This document shows positions 40,280 through 50,091 of a DNA stretch of 64,000 nucleotides, piece by piece; position 1 is the first letter of the stretch; each line of letters opens with the position of its first letter. The translations under genes were made by a program, and so were the position numbers. Origin of the DNA: Planctomycetota bacterium (lineage in GTDB: Bacteria; Planctomycetota; SZUA-567; H5-PLA8); assembly GCA_038227875.1 (NCBI GenBank), contig JBBRPR010000004.1, positions 160,001 to 224,000 on the forward strand, in the 5' to 3' direction. A model generated the notes under the pieces. That model saw only the letters and a program-made list of their open reading frames with translations, was not told the origin of the DNA and did no database searches.

Positions 40280-41026
40280 TCAGACGGCCGGCGGTTCCTG
40301 ATAGCTGTTGAGTCGGTGGTGATCGGTGCCGCGCACGAGAATCGCGCGGTGGCCGGCGTGGAGCTTTTCGTGGTTGATTTCCACGAACGGTACGGTGAAG
40401 CGGCAGGTCATTCCCAGGCGGCGTTTGTTGGAGACGTTGGCGTTGGACTGATGTAACGTGCGCTCGCTGAAGATGAAAAACTGACCCGGCTTCAATTCCA
40501 TCGGGACGATCTTCTGCTTTTCGGGCACAACGCCTTCGGCCATTTCCTGAAAGGCCATCTCGTCTCCGGCTTTGACGTGGCGGAGCACTTTTTTGTGCGA
40601 GCCGGGGATGAGATTCACGCAGGAATTTTCGACGGTCACTTCATCGATCGCGATCCACGCAGAAAGATTGATCGGCGGGTCGATGGGCCAGTAGTTGAGG
40701 TCCTGGTGCCACGGAATTTCCTTGTCGCCGGGATGCTTGACCCAAAAGTACGTCGCCCAGAGCACCAGGTCGGGTCCCATCAGGCTGTTGATCCGATCGA
40801 CGATCGCAGGGTGCGAGGCAAGATCGTAAACGGTCCGCTGGTCCATGTGGCGCGACTGGATATTTTTGGCGCCCGTTGCGCTCTTTTGATTCATGATCGC
40901 ATCAATCCTGTCGCGGATCACGGCCATCTCTTCCGGGGAACAGAGCGTGTACGGTCCGAGATAGCCGTCGGCGTGGAACCGCGTGATCTCTTCCTTGCTT
41001 AAAGCGCACTCAGTGGACGTCTGCAT
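40280..41026 (-). CDS. Phytanoyl-CoA dioxygenase family Fe(II)/2OG dioxygenase
   Basis: FHADGY, PWHQD, IPGSH, TLHQS..N.S..RR. RBS AAGGAG. Confidence 0.9.
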   Translation of the reverse strand: MQTSTECALSKEEITRFHADGYLGPYTLCSPEEMAVIRDRIDAIMNQKSATGAKNIQSRHMDQRTVYDLASHPAIVDRINSLMGPDLVLWATYFWVKHPGDKEIPWHQDLNYWPIDPPINLSAWIAIDEVTVENSCVNLIPGSHKKVLRHVKAGDEMAFQEMAEGVVPEKQKIVPMELKPGQFFIFSERTLHQSNANVSNKRRLGMTCRFTVPFVEINHEKLHAGHRAILVRGTDHHRLNSYQEPPAV

Positions 41027-41158
41027 TTTCAGTCTCTCCTTAAGTTTTAGCTCAAACCGGAATTGTCGCCGCGAATGACGTGCGAAGATTACACGGGATT
41101 CCAGTGGCCCACAATGGACCGGGGTGTAGACTTTTTGCACTAAACCGGTGGTCTGCCC

Positions 41159-42025
41159 ATGAGCACAAAAACTCAAACCCCTGCCGTGAAGCACCAGACC
41201 GTCACACGCGAGGAGTGGCTGACGGCGCTGGGCGACCCGCGCTGCGCGATTCAATTCCCCGCCGGCGGCGTCTCGACCGTCGGTCCGGGATGGGGCGCGG
41301 CGCAGCGGACGATGGTCGAACACCTGCTCTACTTTGTGACGAAGAGCGCTTTTGAAATCACGCTGAACGACAGTCCGGTTCGGATCAACGCCGGCACGCT
41401 GCTGTGGGTCATTCCCGGTACGCCGCATGCGCTGCGGGTGCCCAAAGGCGTCTCCGGATTTTCCGTACATTGGATCCGCGTGCGTTTGCGCGCACGCGCG
41501 GGATCCACGGAATTGCGTCCGGATGTGAAAACACTCGTGCTGCCCGACGCGTGGGCGCTGAAAACGGTCTGCGAACTCTGCAGCGAGGAGTTGCAGCGCG
41601 CGCGGCCGTTCCGCGAGCAGCGACTGCGGGCATTGCTGGCGCTGATCTGCAGCCACGCCTTCCGCGCCAGCGAGGCGCCACGCTCGGGCGAACAGCTCCT
41701 GACGCCCGCGCAACGCACGCGCGTGCAGGAACTGGCCGACGCGAATATCGGCGGGCGGCTGAATCCGGCGGAAATCGCAACGGAAATCGGCCTCTCGCAC
41801 GATTACTTCACGCGCGTTTTTCGACGCTCGGAAGGCGTGGCGCCGCGCCAGTGGCTGATGCAGGAGCGCATCCGGCGCGCAGCGCTGCGGCTGCGGACGT
41901 CGGTGCTCAATGTTTCCGCCGTGGCGTACGAATTCGGATACGCCGACGTCTATTTGTTCAGCCGCCAGTTTAAGCAGGTGATGGGTCTGAGCCCACTGGC
42001 GTACCGGCGGCAGGCGAAACCGTAA
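41159..42025 (+). CDS. AraC-family transcriptional regulator
   Basis: VAYEFGYADVYLFSRQFKQVMGLSPLAYR. Confidence 0.92.
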   Translation: MSTKTQTPAVKHQTVTREEWLTALGDPRCAIQFPAGGVSTVGPGWGAAQRTMVEHLLYFVTKSAFEITLNDSPVRINAGTLLWVIPGTPHALRVPKGVSGFSVHWIRVRLRARAGSTELRPDVKTLVLPDAWALKTVCELCSEELQRARPFREQRLRALLALICSHAFRASEAPRSGEQLLTPAQRTRVQELADANIGGRLNPAEIATEIGLSHDYFTRVFRRSEGVAPRQWLMQERIRRAALRLRTSVLNVSAVAYEFGYADVYLFSRQFKQVMGLSPLAYRRQAKP

Positions 42026-42121
42026 GCTTACGTTCTTGCTACAAATGCGACAAGACTGCTATAGCGCTTCACCCCCAGGCGGGGTTTGATTATCCGAATT
42101 GCAAGGCCGAAGGAGTTAAGC

Positions 42122-43999
42122 ATGAATGCTGCGCAGACGTACGATCTTGTGGTGTACGGCGGGACACCGGGCGGACTAGCCTGCGCGATTCGCGCGGCGC
42201 GCGAGGGGCTGAGCGGCTTGTTGGTTACGCACACCCCGCATCTCGGCGGGATGCTGACCAGCGGATTGTGCGTGTGGGATACGATTCACGAAGGCCGCCG
42301 CGCGCCGATTTACGACGAGCTTCGCGCCGCGATTCTCGAGCACTACCGCGAGACCTACGGCGAGACCTCCGAACAGTACCGCGCGGCTGTTCCCGGCGCG
42401 GTGTCTCACAGCAACGGCAATTTCGAACCGCGCGTGGCGCAGGCGATGGTGGAAAAACTCGTCGCCGCTGAACCCTCAATTCACGTCGTACGCCAGCATA
42501 TTCCAAGTGCCGTGAGTACCGACGACCGCGCGCTCTGCAGTGTCACATTCAAAGAGTTTTCCGGCGCGGCGACGTTCGATGTGAGCGCGGCGATCTTCGC
42601 CGATTGCAGCTACGAAGGCGATCTGATGGCGCTGGCCGGCGAGCCGTACGCGGTCGGCCGCGAATCGCGTGCGGCCTTCAACGAACCGCACGCGGGCCGG
42701 ATTTTCATGACCTATCAGCAGGAGCAGCAGGATCCGGAATCGCAGCGGCTGTTGACCTTGCAGCGTGCGTTGAAGCTGCGCCAGTTGCCTGGCCACTACG
42801 GTGTCATCGAGACGGAAGGCTCCGGCCGCGGCGACGATTTGGTCCAGGCCTACAACTGGCGCACGATGCTGACGGCTGACCCGGACAATCGCGTACCGCT
42901 TCCACCCGCGCCAGCGGTGCCCGGAGTGGACCTTACAAAATTGGACCGGCCGTGGGATTTTGAATTCTTGCCGAATCAAAAATTCCGCATCAACCGGCCG
43001 CAACTGCTCGAACGCCAGACAGAATATGTGGAAGGTGATTGGGCCGCGCGGCAGCGCGTGATGGACGAGCATTGGAATGCGTTCCTGGGGATCGTCCACG
43101 CGATGCAAAATGATCCGGCTCTTAAGCCGGCGGACCGTGAACGCTGGCAAAGTTACGGATTGCCCAAGGACGAATTCGCGGACAACGGGCATCGGCCGTA
43201 CGAAATTTACGCGCGCGAAACGCGGCGGCTTTCGGGGCGCTACGTCTTTACCGAACACGACGCGCTGCTCGCGCCGGGGCTTGAACGCACGCCGGTCCAC
43301 GGCGACAGCATCGCCGCGACGGAATGGCCGATCGACATTCACGCATGCACCGATCAGCGCGAAGGGCACTCGCTGCAGGAAGGGAAAACGATTCTCTACC
43401 TGGAGACATTTCCCGGCCAGTTGTCGCTGCGCACGATTCTGCCGCCGCGGCTCGACAACCTGCTCGTCCCGGTCTGCTGTTCGTGCACGCACGTCGGCTG
43501 GGGGACGATCCGGCTGGAACCGACATGGATGAACATCGGCGAATCGGCCGGACAGCTCGCGGCGTTCGCGGTTAAAGCGAAGACCCCTCCAGCTCGCGTC
43601 GACGCCGACCGGTTGCAGCGCCACCTCACGAAAAGCGGCGTGATGCTTTCGTATTTCAGCGACGTACCCGTAACGGGCGACGACGGCTGGGAAGCGGCGA
43701 TGAATTACTTCGGCACAAAGGGCTTCTTCGCCGAATACGCCGCGCGTCCGCGCGAGTTGCTCACGGTGGAAACCGGTACGATCTGGGCCGAAGCCAGCGC
43801 CGCGTTGCTGGCCGGCAAACTGGAGCCGATGGCCGTCGCCAAACGCATTTTCGCCGCGGGCAAATCCGGAGCGCCGATGAACCTCAACGCGTTCCGTCGC
43901 GTTCTTCCGCCGGAGCTCGCGGCACGCTTTCCAACCGGAGAGCAGGCGCTCGCGCGAGGGCGCGCGTGCCAATGGCTCTTCGAAAGTCTGCCGGCTTAG
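42122..43999 (+). CDS. FAD-dependent oxidoreductase (FAD_oxidored family)
   Basis: VVYGGTPGG, DCSYEGDL, GRE, YARETRR, IRLEPTWM. RBS AAGGAG. Confidence 0.9.
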   Translation: MNAAQTYDLVVYGGTPGGLACAIRAAREGLSGLLVTHTPHLGGMLTSGLCVWDTIHEGRRAPIYDELRAAILEHYRETYGETSEQYRAAVPGAVSHSNGNFEPRVAQAMVEKLVAAEPSIHVVRQHIPSAVSTDDRALCSVTFKEFSGAATFDVSAAIFADCSYEGDLMALAGEPYAVGRESRAAFNEPHAGRIFMTYQQEQQDPESQRLLTLQRALKLRQLPGHYGVIETEGSGRGDDLVQAYNWRTMLTADPDNRVPLPPAPAVPGVDLTKLDRPWDFEFLPNQKFRINRPQLLERQTEYVEGDWAARQRVMDEHWNAFLGIVHAMQNDPALKPADRERWQSYGLPKDEFADNGHRPYEIYARETRRLSGRYVFTEHDALLAPGLERTPVHGDSIAATEWPIDIHACTDQREGHSLQEGKTILYLETFPGQLSLRTILPPRLDNLLVPVCCSCTHVGWGTIRLEPTWMNIGESAGQLAAFAVKAKTPPARVDADRLQRHLTKSGVMLSYFSDVPVTGDDGWEAAMNYFGTKGFFAEYAARPRELLTVETGTIWAEASAALLAGKLEPMAVAKRIFAAGKSGAPMNLNAFRRVLPPELAARFPTGEQALARGRACQWLFESLPA

Positions 44000-44070
44000 A
44001 TACATTACATATTTACCATTAATCGTATTTCATTACCGTAGAACGCTCTCAATCGACAGCGTACATTTCT

Positions 44071-44096
44071 ACCTGTGGGCCACGTGGCCCGAAGGT
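44071..44096. promoter_or_regulatory. Palindromic site ACCT-N4-GCCACGTGGC-N4-AGGT, copy 2
   Basis: acct gtgg gccacgtggc ccga aggt, 22 bp before the start codon at 44119. Confidence 0.6.
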
Positions 44097-44118
44097 ATCT
44101 ACATCTGGAGAACGAACG

Positions 44119-45549
44119 ATGAACCCCACTCCAACAAAGAGCCTGAGTTTCACCCGATCGATCCGCGAATCCGAACCTTACGATCTTGCCGTCTGCGGCG
44201 GCGGGCCGTCGGGGATTCCCGCGGCCGTTGCGGCGGCGCGCGCGGGCTTGCGCGTGCTGCTGATCGAACAGACCGGGCAACTCGGCGGCGTCGGCGTGTC
44301 GGCGGGCGTCAGCCATCTGCTCGGCGGACGAGCGCCGGATAATTCGGCCTGGTGTGTCGGCGGTATCTTTCAAGAAATGGTCGAGGGCCTTTCGAAACGC
44401 GGCGGCGCGATCCACCCCGCGGACATCAAGGGCGAAGATTTCAGCCCGCACGGTTGGACCGGCAAAGTTTCGTGCCTGACGTACGGCGTGCCGTTCGACC
44501 CGATGGCGATGGCCGGATATCTCGATGAGCTGCTGCTCGACGCCGGCGTCGACGTGCTGTTCTTCACCAGCGTCGTCGATGTGATCAAGGATACGACGAA
44601 GCCGGAACGCATTTCGCACGTCGTTGTCTTCAACAAGAGCGGATTGCAAGCGATCCCGGTCGGCGCGGTGGTGGATGCGACCGGCGACGGCGACGTCGCA
44701 GCGCGCAGCGGCTGTCAATTCGTTAAAGGCCGGCCCGAAGATGGCTTGATGACGCCGGCGACGCTGATGTTCCACGTCGACCGCGTCGATCAGGATGCGC
44801 TGTCGTCGGAGATTTACCGCTCGGGCTCCAACCGTTTCCGCGAACTGATCCAGCGTCTGCGCGCGTCGGGCGAATGGACGTTTCCCTATGATATTTTCAT
44901 CAGCGTTCAGCTGAACGAAAAAGGCACGCTGATGATCAACACCACGCGAATCTGCGATGTCGACGGCACCGATGGCCGTTCCGTATCGCGCGGCATGATG
45001 CAGGGACGGCGCGAAGTTCATCGCCTGTTCGAGCTGATGAAAAAGCATTTTCCGGGCTTCGCAGACGCGCGCATCAAACTCGTCGCGCCAGTGCTGGGCG
45101 TGCGCGAAACGCGGCGGATCGTGGGAACGTTTGTCTACACGGTCGCCGACATTCTCGCGGCGCGGGACTTCGACGACACGATCGGCTTCTCGGCCTATCC
45201 GTGGGATCTCCCGGACCCGAAGCGGCCGAGTTTCCAGCCCATGCACGAAGCCAAGCGCCACGCGCCGCGCGCGATCACGCCGATTCCGTATCGCGTGCTG
45301 GTGCCGCGGCCGGTCGAGAATCTGATCTGCCCCGGCCGCGCGATCAGTGTCGAACGCGATGTCCTGGGGCCGCTGCGCGAAATGGCGCCGTGCTACGCGA
45401 TGGGCCACGCGGCCGGGCTGGCGTCGGTGCAGGTCATCCGCGACGGCGTTTCGTTCGCGAACGTCGACGTGCCACGACTGCGCGAAAATCTGCGCGCCCA
45501 AAACGGCGTGGTGGAATGGAATCCGCAGCCGGTCGCGGCTGCGCGCTGA
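44119..45549 (+). CDS. FAD-dependent oxidoreductase (FAD_oxidored family)
   Basis: VCGGGPSG, DATGDGDVA, GVRETRRI, IPYRVLVP, MGHAAG. Confidence 0.9.
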   Translation: MNPTPTKSLSFTRSIRESEPYDLAVCGGGPSGIPAAVAAARAGLRVLLIEQTGQLGGVGVSAGVSHLLGGRAPDNSAWCVGGIFQEMVEGLSKRGGAIHPADIKGEDFSPHGWTGKVSCLTYGVPFDPMAMAGYLDELLLDAGVDVLFFTSVVDVIKDTTKPERISHVVVFNKSGLQAIPVGAVVDATGDGDVAARSGCQFVKGRPEDGLMTPATLMFHVDRVDQDALSSEIYRSGSNRFRELIQRLRASGEWTFPYDIFISVQLNEKGTLMINTTRICDVDGTDGRSVSRGMMQGRREVHRLFELMKKHFPGFADARIKLVAPVLGVRETRRIVGTFVYTVADILAARDFDDTIGFSAYPWDLPDPKRPSFQPMHEAKRHAPRAITPIPYRVLVPRPVENLICPGRAISVERDVLGPLREMAPCYAMGHAAGLASVQVIRDGVSFANVDVPRLRENLRAQNGVVEWNPQPVAAAR

Positions 45550-45563
45550 GTTACTTCAAGATG

Positions 45564-45603
45564 GGAGCAGACCGTCGAAGATGTCGTGACGGCGGTCTGC
45601 TCC
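45564..45603. terminator. Hairpin between convergent genes
   Basis: ggagcagaccg ... cggtctgctcc, 11-bp stem. Confidence 0.5.
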
Positions 45604-45641
45604 AGCTAAGTCATGCCGACAAATTCCCATTCGAATTTAAT

Positions 45642-46445
45642 TTACGCCAGCGCCGCCCTCCCCCTTGCTTTTCGTAATTCCGATGGCGGACTCCCAAACA
45701 CTTTTCGCACCGTTTTATTGAACAGATGCGGGTCGGGGATGCCGACTTCGGCGGCGATGGATTTGATCGGGAGCGTCGAGTAGCGCAGCAGATGGCGCGC
45801 GCGTTCCAGACGGCGCGTGCGGATGTATTCGGAGACCGTCTGTCCGGCGGCCTGGCGGAACAAGCGGTTGAGGTGGGTCTGCGAAATATCGGCGCTCTTC
45901 GCGAGGTCCTCAATGCTGAGCGGTTCGGCCAGTCGCGCGTGGATCTGGCCGAAGACCAGGCTGAGCGCCGGGTGAAGCGCGGCGTGGGGCGGCGCGCTGA
46001 CGTCGCCGAGTTCCGTGATTTCCCAGAGGACCTCCCACACTCGCGCGGCAGCGCGTTCGGGCCTTTCGGCGAGGACGGCAGCGGCGTGCTGAATCGACAG
46101 CCGGAGGCGGTCGAAGTCGCCGGCGAGGTCGAGCATCGCGGGGATCGGCTGCGTGCCGGCGCCGCGCACAGGGATAAAGTGCGCCCACGTCAGTGTCGCG
46201 GGACCATCGAAGCGGTAATCCATATCGTGATCGGGCACCGTGATGCTCGCGTAGCCGGGCCGGATCGGCAGCACGTGTCCGGCGATGCGCAGTTCGCCGG
46301 TGCCTTCGTAGAGATTCAGACACCAGATCTGGTTGAGCCGGTAGTGCTCGATGCCACGATGTCCGTGCTGCGACCGGCCGTTCATCTGCGCGATCATCGG
46401 GCAGCTCTTGAGCGGCAGGTCCCATGTCAAGTTATCGGTTATCAT
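45642..46445 (-). CDS. AraC-family transcriptional regulator
   Basis: IKSIAAEVGIPDPHLFNKTVRKVFGSPPSELR. Divergent from the dehydrogenase operon. Confidence 0.9.
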   Translation of the reverse strand: MITDNLTWDLPLKSCPMIAQMNGRSQHGHRGIEHYRLNQIWCLNLYEGTGELRIAGHVLPIRPGYASITVPDHDMDYRFDGPATLTWAHFIPVRGAGTQPIPAMLDLAGDFDRLRLSIQHAAAVLAERPERAAARVWEVLWEITELGDVSAPPHAALHPALSLVFGQIHARLAEPLSIEDLAKSADISQTHLNRLFRQAAGQTVSEYIRTRRLERARHLLRYSTLPIKSIAAEVGIPDPHLFNKTVRKVFGSPPSELRKARGRAALA

Positions 46446-46594
46446 GTTGATTATATACCAATGATGGTCGATTGGGGCCATTGCGGAGTAGGCCGATACA
46501 TAGAATAATCCCTCTCACGCAGCCGAAGTCAAGAGTTTGAGTGTTGAATCCGTACCAATAGTGTCCCGCTAATGAGAAATGGGAGTTCGCCACC

Positions 46595-47590
46595 GTGAAA
46601 ACGCGCGCCGTAGTCTTCACCGCACCCGGAGAGGTATCCTTCGACACGATCGAGATGCCGCCACCGCTGCCGGGGCAGGTGCAGATCGAGACGCATTTCT
46701 CGACCATCAGCGCCGGAACGGAAGGATGGGCGTTGCAGGATCGCTTCACGTGGCAGAAGACGCCGTTTCCGTGCGTGCCGGGTTACCAGCGCGTGGGCGT
46801 GGTGCGGGAGCTGGGTGAAGGCGTCACGGATTTTCGCGTCGGCGAGCGCGTCTTCGCGACCGTCGGCGTCTGGGATGGACCGGTGAAACCGCAGTGGGGT
46901 TCACACGCGGCCGTGGCGAACACCTGGGCGGGCGAAGTATACAAACTTAGTCCCGAGATCGATGCGCTCGACGCGGCCGGCACGGTCGTCGCGCAGGTCG
47001 GCTACAACGCGGCGTACCGCGCGGTGTTGAAGCCCGGACAGTGGGTCATCGTCTACGGCGACGGCATCATCGGGCAGTCGGCGGCTCAGGCGGCGCGTTC
47101 GCGGGGCGCGAAAGTGATTCTCGTCGGCCACCGCAGCGAGCGGCTGGATCTCGGCCGGCGCTTCAGCGCGGATGTTGCGATCGACAATAAAAAGGAAGAC
47201 GTCGCAGCCGTGGTCAAGTCGCACACCGGCGGCATGAACGTCACGGCGGTCCTCGATTCGGTGCAGCACGAATCGGCGCAGCGCGAATACGTTCCGCTGC
47301 TCGACCACGGCGCCGGACAGATCGTTTACTGCGGCTTCACGCCCGGCAACACGTGGGCCGACATGGCGCTGCTGCAGCAGCGGGAACTCACCACGCACTA
47401 CATTTCAGGCTGGTCGCGGGCGCGCATGGAAGCGACGTTGAAGCTGTTTGCGACGAAGGCGATGAGCCTCAAGCCGCTGACGACGCATCTGGCTCCGTGT
47501 GCCACCGGACCGGAGCTGTACCGGAAAATTCTGACCAAGAGCGATTTCTTTTTGGGCCTCACATTGGATTGGACTGGAGAACACCGATGA
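46595..47590 (+). CDS. Medium-chain (zinc-binding ADH-like) dehydrogenase
   Basis: STISAGTE, PGY..VG.V...GEGV..F.VGERV, YGDGIIG. Confidence 0.88.
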   Translation: MKTRAVVFTAPGEVSFDTIEMPPPLPGQVQIETHFSTISAGTEGWALQDRFTWQKTPFPCVPGYQRVGVVRELGEGVTDFRVGERVFATVGVWDGPVKPQWGSHAAVANTWAGEVYKLSPEIDALDAAGTVVAQVGYNAAYRAVLKPGQWVIVYGDGIIGQSAAQAARSRGAKVILVGHRSERLDLGRRFSADVAIDNKKEDVAAVVKSHTGGMNVTAVLDSVQHESAQREYVPLLDHGAGQIVYCGFTPGNTWADMALLQQRELTTHYISGWSRARMEATLKLFATKAMSLKPLTTHLAPCATGPELYRKILTKSDFFLGLTLDWTGEHR

Positions 47591-48483
47591 ACGTTTTGAT
47601 CACAGGCGGACTGGGCTTCGTCGCGCGGCACGTCACGGCCGCGCTGGAAAAATCCGGGCATACGATCCGCCTGCTCGACCGCGTCAACCCGGAAGACGCG
47701 ACGGTCTTCGTGCCGGGAAAGGCCGAGCGGCAGCACTCACCGTTCAAATCGAAGTGGCCGTACGTCAAGGCGGAGATCACGGACCTCAACGCGATGCGCG
47801 CGGCGTGCGAAGGCGTCGACGCGGTAATCCATCTCGCCGCCGCGACCACCGGTCTGCCCGAGCACGGTAAAGCGATCATGGAAGCCAATGTGATCGGCAC
47901 CTACGTGACGCTGGACGCCGCGCGTCTGTCCGGCGTGAAGCGCTTCCTGTGTGCGTCGAGCATCAACGCCTTCGGAACGATTTACTGGCGGCTGAGCGGC
48001 AAGGCACCGGTCTACGACCGCATGCCTCTGGACGAAACATTTCACTGCGTGCCGGAAGATCCGTACAGCCTCAGCAAGCTGGTGAACGAAGAAACCTGCG
48101 CCGCGTTCCACCGCGCGTACGGGATCATCACGGCGGCGTTCCGCTTCTCCGGCGTGCGCACGAACGAAGATTACGAATGGCTGCGCAAGAACATGAAGCC
48201 GACGACACAGTGGCACGACGATCTGTACACGTGGGTTCACGTCGAAGACATCGCGTCCGGCGTTCTGGCCGCTCTGGAAGCGGAGACGTTGCCGGGATTC
48301 GGCGCTTACACGCTCGCCTCGCCGGACACGTATTGCCCCGAGCCGACGATGGAAATCCTGCGCAAGTTCCGCCCGGACCTCGCGAAGACCGTGATCGAAC
48401 CGCTGGAAGGCCGCGAGACGTTGATGTCCATCCGCCGCGCGCAGCGGACGTTTGGGTACGCGCCGAAATACCGACTCGACTGA
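47587..48483 (+). CDS. NAD-dependent epimerase/dehydratase
   Basis: TGGLGFVA, HLAA, ASS, YSLSK. ATGA overlap. Confidence 0.9.
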   Translation: MNVLITGGLGFVARHVTAALEKSGHTIRLLDRVNPEDATVFVPGKAERQHSPFKSKWPYVKAEITDLNAMRAACEGVDAVIHLAAATTGLPEHGKAIMEANVIGTYVTLDAARLSGVKRFLCASSINAFGTIYWRLSGKAPVYDRMPLDETFHCVPEDPYSLSKLVNEETCAAFHRAYGIITAAFRFSGVRTNEDYEWLRKNMKPTTQWHDDLYTWVHVEDIASGVLAALEAETLPGFGAYTLASPDTYCPEPTMEILRKFRPDLAKTVIEPLEGRETLMSIRRAQRTFGYAPKYRLD

Positions 48484-48541
48484 AGGGAATGTCGCGAATG
48501 TCGAAATTCGCGAATGTCGAATAGCCGCGTGGACTGCGCGG

Positions 48542-49213
48542 CTATTGCGAGATGAAGCTTTCCATGTTCATCCAATCTGCGTCCTGGATGTCGCCATCGG
48601 TGGTGATGTCGTTGTCTTGAACTGATGGATGGCTCTTGTCGCTTGTCGCCACGACGTTGACGACACTGTCGAACCACTCCACGCGTCCCGACCCGCGCAG
48701 ACAATTCTGCCCGGCGGCGGAGCCGTGGTTGTCGGAGTTTCTTCCTGCGGCGGTGAAATCGGCGACGACGATGGCCATCGCGTCATTGGGCGAGTGCGGT
48801 TGGTAGTCCGTACCTTTGTTGCCGGAGTCGTAGCCGTAGTGGGTCATCGATGCCGTCAGTGGTTTGGATGACGCCGCCGCGCCAATGGTCGGTCCTAAAC
48901 CAGCAAGCGCCGGAATTGTTGGTTTCGAGGCGCACGAAAAGATTCGGTAGTCGGAAACATAATCACGATACAAGATGCCGAGTGACGGCAGCGGATCGCC
49001 TCGGCCCTTCAGCTTGTTCGTTGGAAATGTGGCATAAGTTGGAACGTCAGAATACATGATCAACGCTTTACCCATCTGACTGAGATTATTGGCGCACGAC
49101 GCGTTTCGCGCATACTCATGGTTTCGGCCAAACAAGGGCAGTATCAACGCCGCCAACAGCCCTAGGATTGCAATGACGACGATCAACTCCAATAACGTAA
49201 ATCCACGTTTCAT
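48542..49213 (-). CDS. Prepilin-type N-terminal cleavage/methylation protein (DUF1559-like), paralog 1
   Basis: MKRG|FTLLELIVVIAIL, CANNLSQMG, NHG...GQN.. Confidence 0.85.
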   Translation of the reverse strand: MKRGFTLLELIVVIAILGLLAALILPLFGRNHEYARNASCANNLSQMGKALIMYSDVPTYATFPTNKLKGRGDPLPSLGILYRDYVSDYRIFSCASKPTIPALAGLGPTIGAAASSKPLTASMTHYGYDSGNKGTDYQPHSPNDAMAIVVADFTAAGRNSDNHGSAAGQNCLRGSGRVEWFDSVVNVVATSDKSHPSVQDNDITTDGDIQDADWMNMESFISQ

Positions 49214-49284
49214 AGTTCACCTCGCAATCGCCGATCGGTGATGGAGTTATCTGAGAAAATTCAAGCCACATTGTGCGCGAAATC

Positions 49285-49306
49285 GTGGTCGCAAATTTGC
49301 GACCAC
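49285..49306. promoter_or_regulatory. Perfect 22-bp palindrome
   Basis: gtggtcgcaaa|tttgcgaccac between the two prepilin genes. Confidence 0.5.
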
Positions 49307-49343
49307 CAAAAACCAACGATCTCGTGGGGCCGATGTTTCACCT

Positions 49344-50015
49344 TCATTGTGAAATGTAGCTCTTCAATGTCGCCAGTTTGGGATCTGAAAACGTACCGTC
49401 GGTAGTGATATCGCTGTCTTGAATCTTCGAGTCCCCATTTGGTCCCGAAGCAAGGAGATTGACACGGTCTTCAAACCATTCCACGCTCCCCGAAGCGCGC
49501 AGGCAATTCTGCCCCACGGCTGGACCATGGTTGTCGGAATTTTTTCCGGCAGCTGTGAAATCGGCGACCACGATCGCCATGGCGTCATTCGGCGTGTGCG
49601 GCCGATAGTTCGTGCCCTGGTTGCCCGGGTCGTAGCCAAAGTGAGTCATGGTTGCATCGAGCGGAGCGGACGAAGGCGCCAGTCCCACCGTCGGACCCAG
49701 CGTCCGTAGCGCTGTTAACGTTGACTTGCCAGCGCAGGAAAAGACGCGGCTATCGGAGACATAATCGCGGTAGAGGATGCCGAGCGATGGCAGCGGATCG
49801 CCGCGTCCGGTCGGCTTATTCGTGGGAAAAGATGTATTGCTGGGAACCTCGGAATAGAGGATCAACGCTTTGCCAATCTGGCTGAGACTGTTGGCGCACG
49901 ACGCGCGACGCGCAACGCTTCGCGATTGGGTGCCTGTCGGCAATACAATCACGGCGATCAGCCCCAGGATCGCGATGCCCACCAGTACTTCAAACAACGT
50001 CAGCCCGCGATTCAT
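49344..50015 (-). CDS. Prepilin-type N-terminal cleavage/methylation protein (DUF1559-like), paralog 2
   Basis: MNRG|LTLFEVLVGIAIL. Shares long blocks such as GRGDPLPSLGILYRDYVSD with paralog 1. Confidence 0.85.
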   Translation of the reverse strand: MNRGLTLFEVLVGIAILGLIAVIVLPTGTQSRSVARRASCANSLSQIGKALILYSEVPSNTSFPTNKPTGRGDPLPSLGILYRDYVSDSRVFSCAGKSTLTALRTLGPTVGLAPSSAPLDATMTHFGYDPGNQGTNYRPHTPNDAMAIVVADFTAAGKNSDNHGPAVGQNCLRASGSVEWFEDRVNLLASGPNGDSKIQDSDITTDGTFSDPKLATLKSYISQ

Positions 50016-50091
50016 CATCCACCTCATCAGCGCGAAATCGCGCCAGCAGTAATACGCAGCGGCGGTGAATTGAGTTCGGAGTATTGCGGAA

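Noticed and set aside
40280..41026. Possible Fe/2OG halogenase
   Set aside because: Both dioxygenases keep the HxD carboxylate, whereas halogenases have HxA or HxG.
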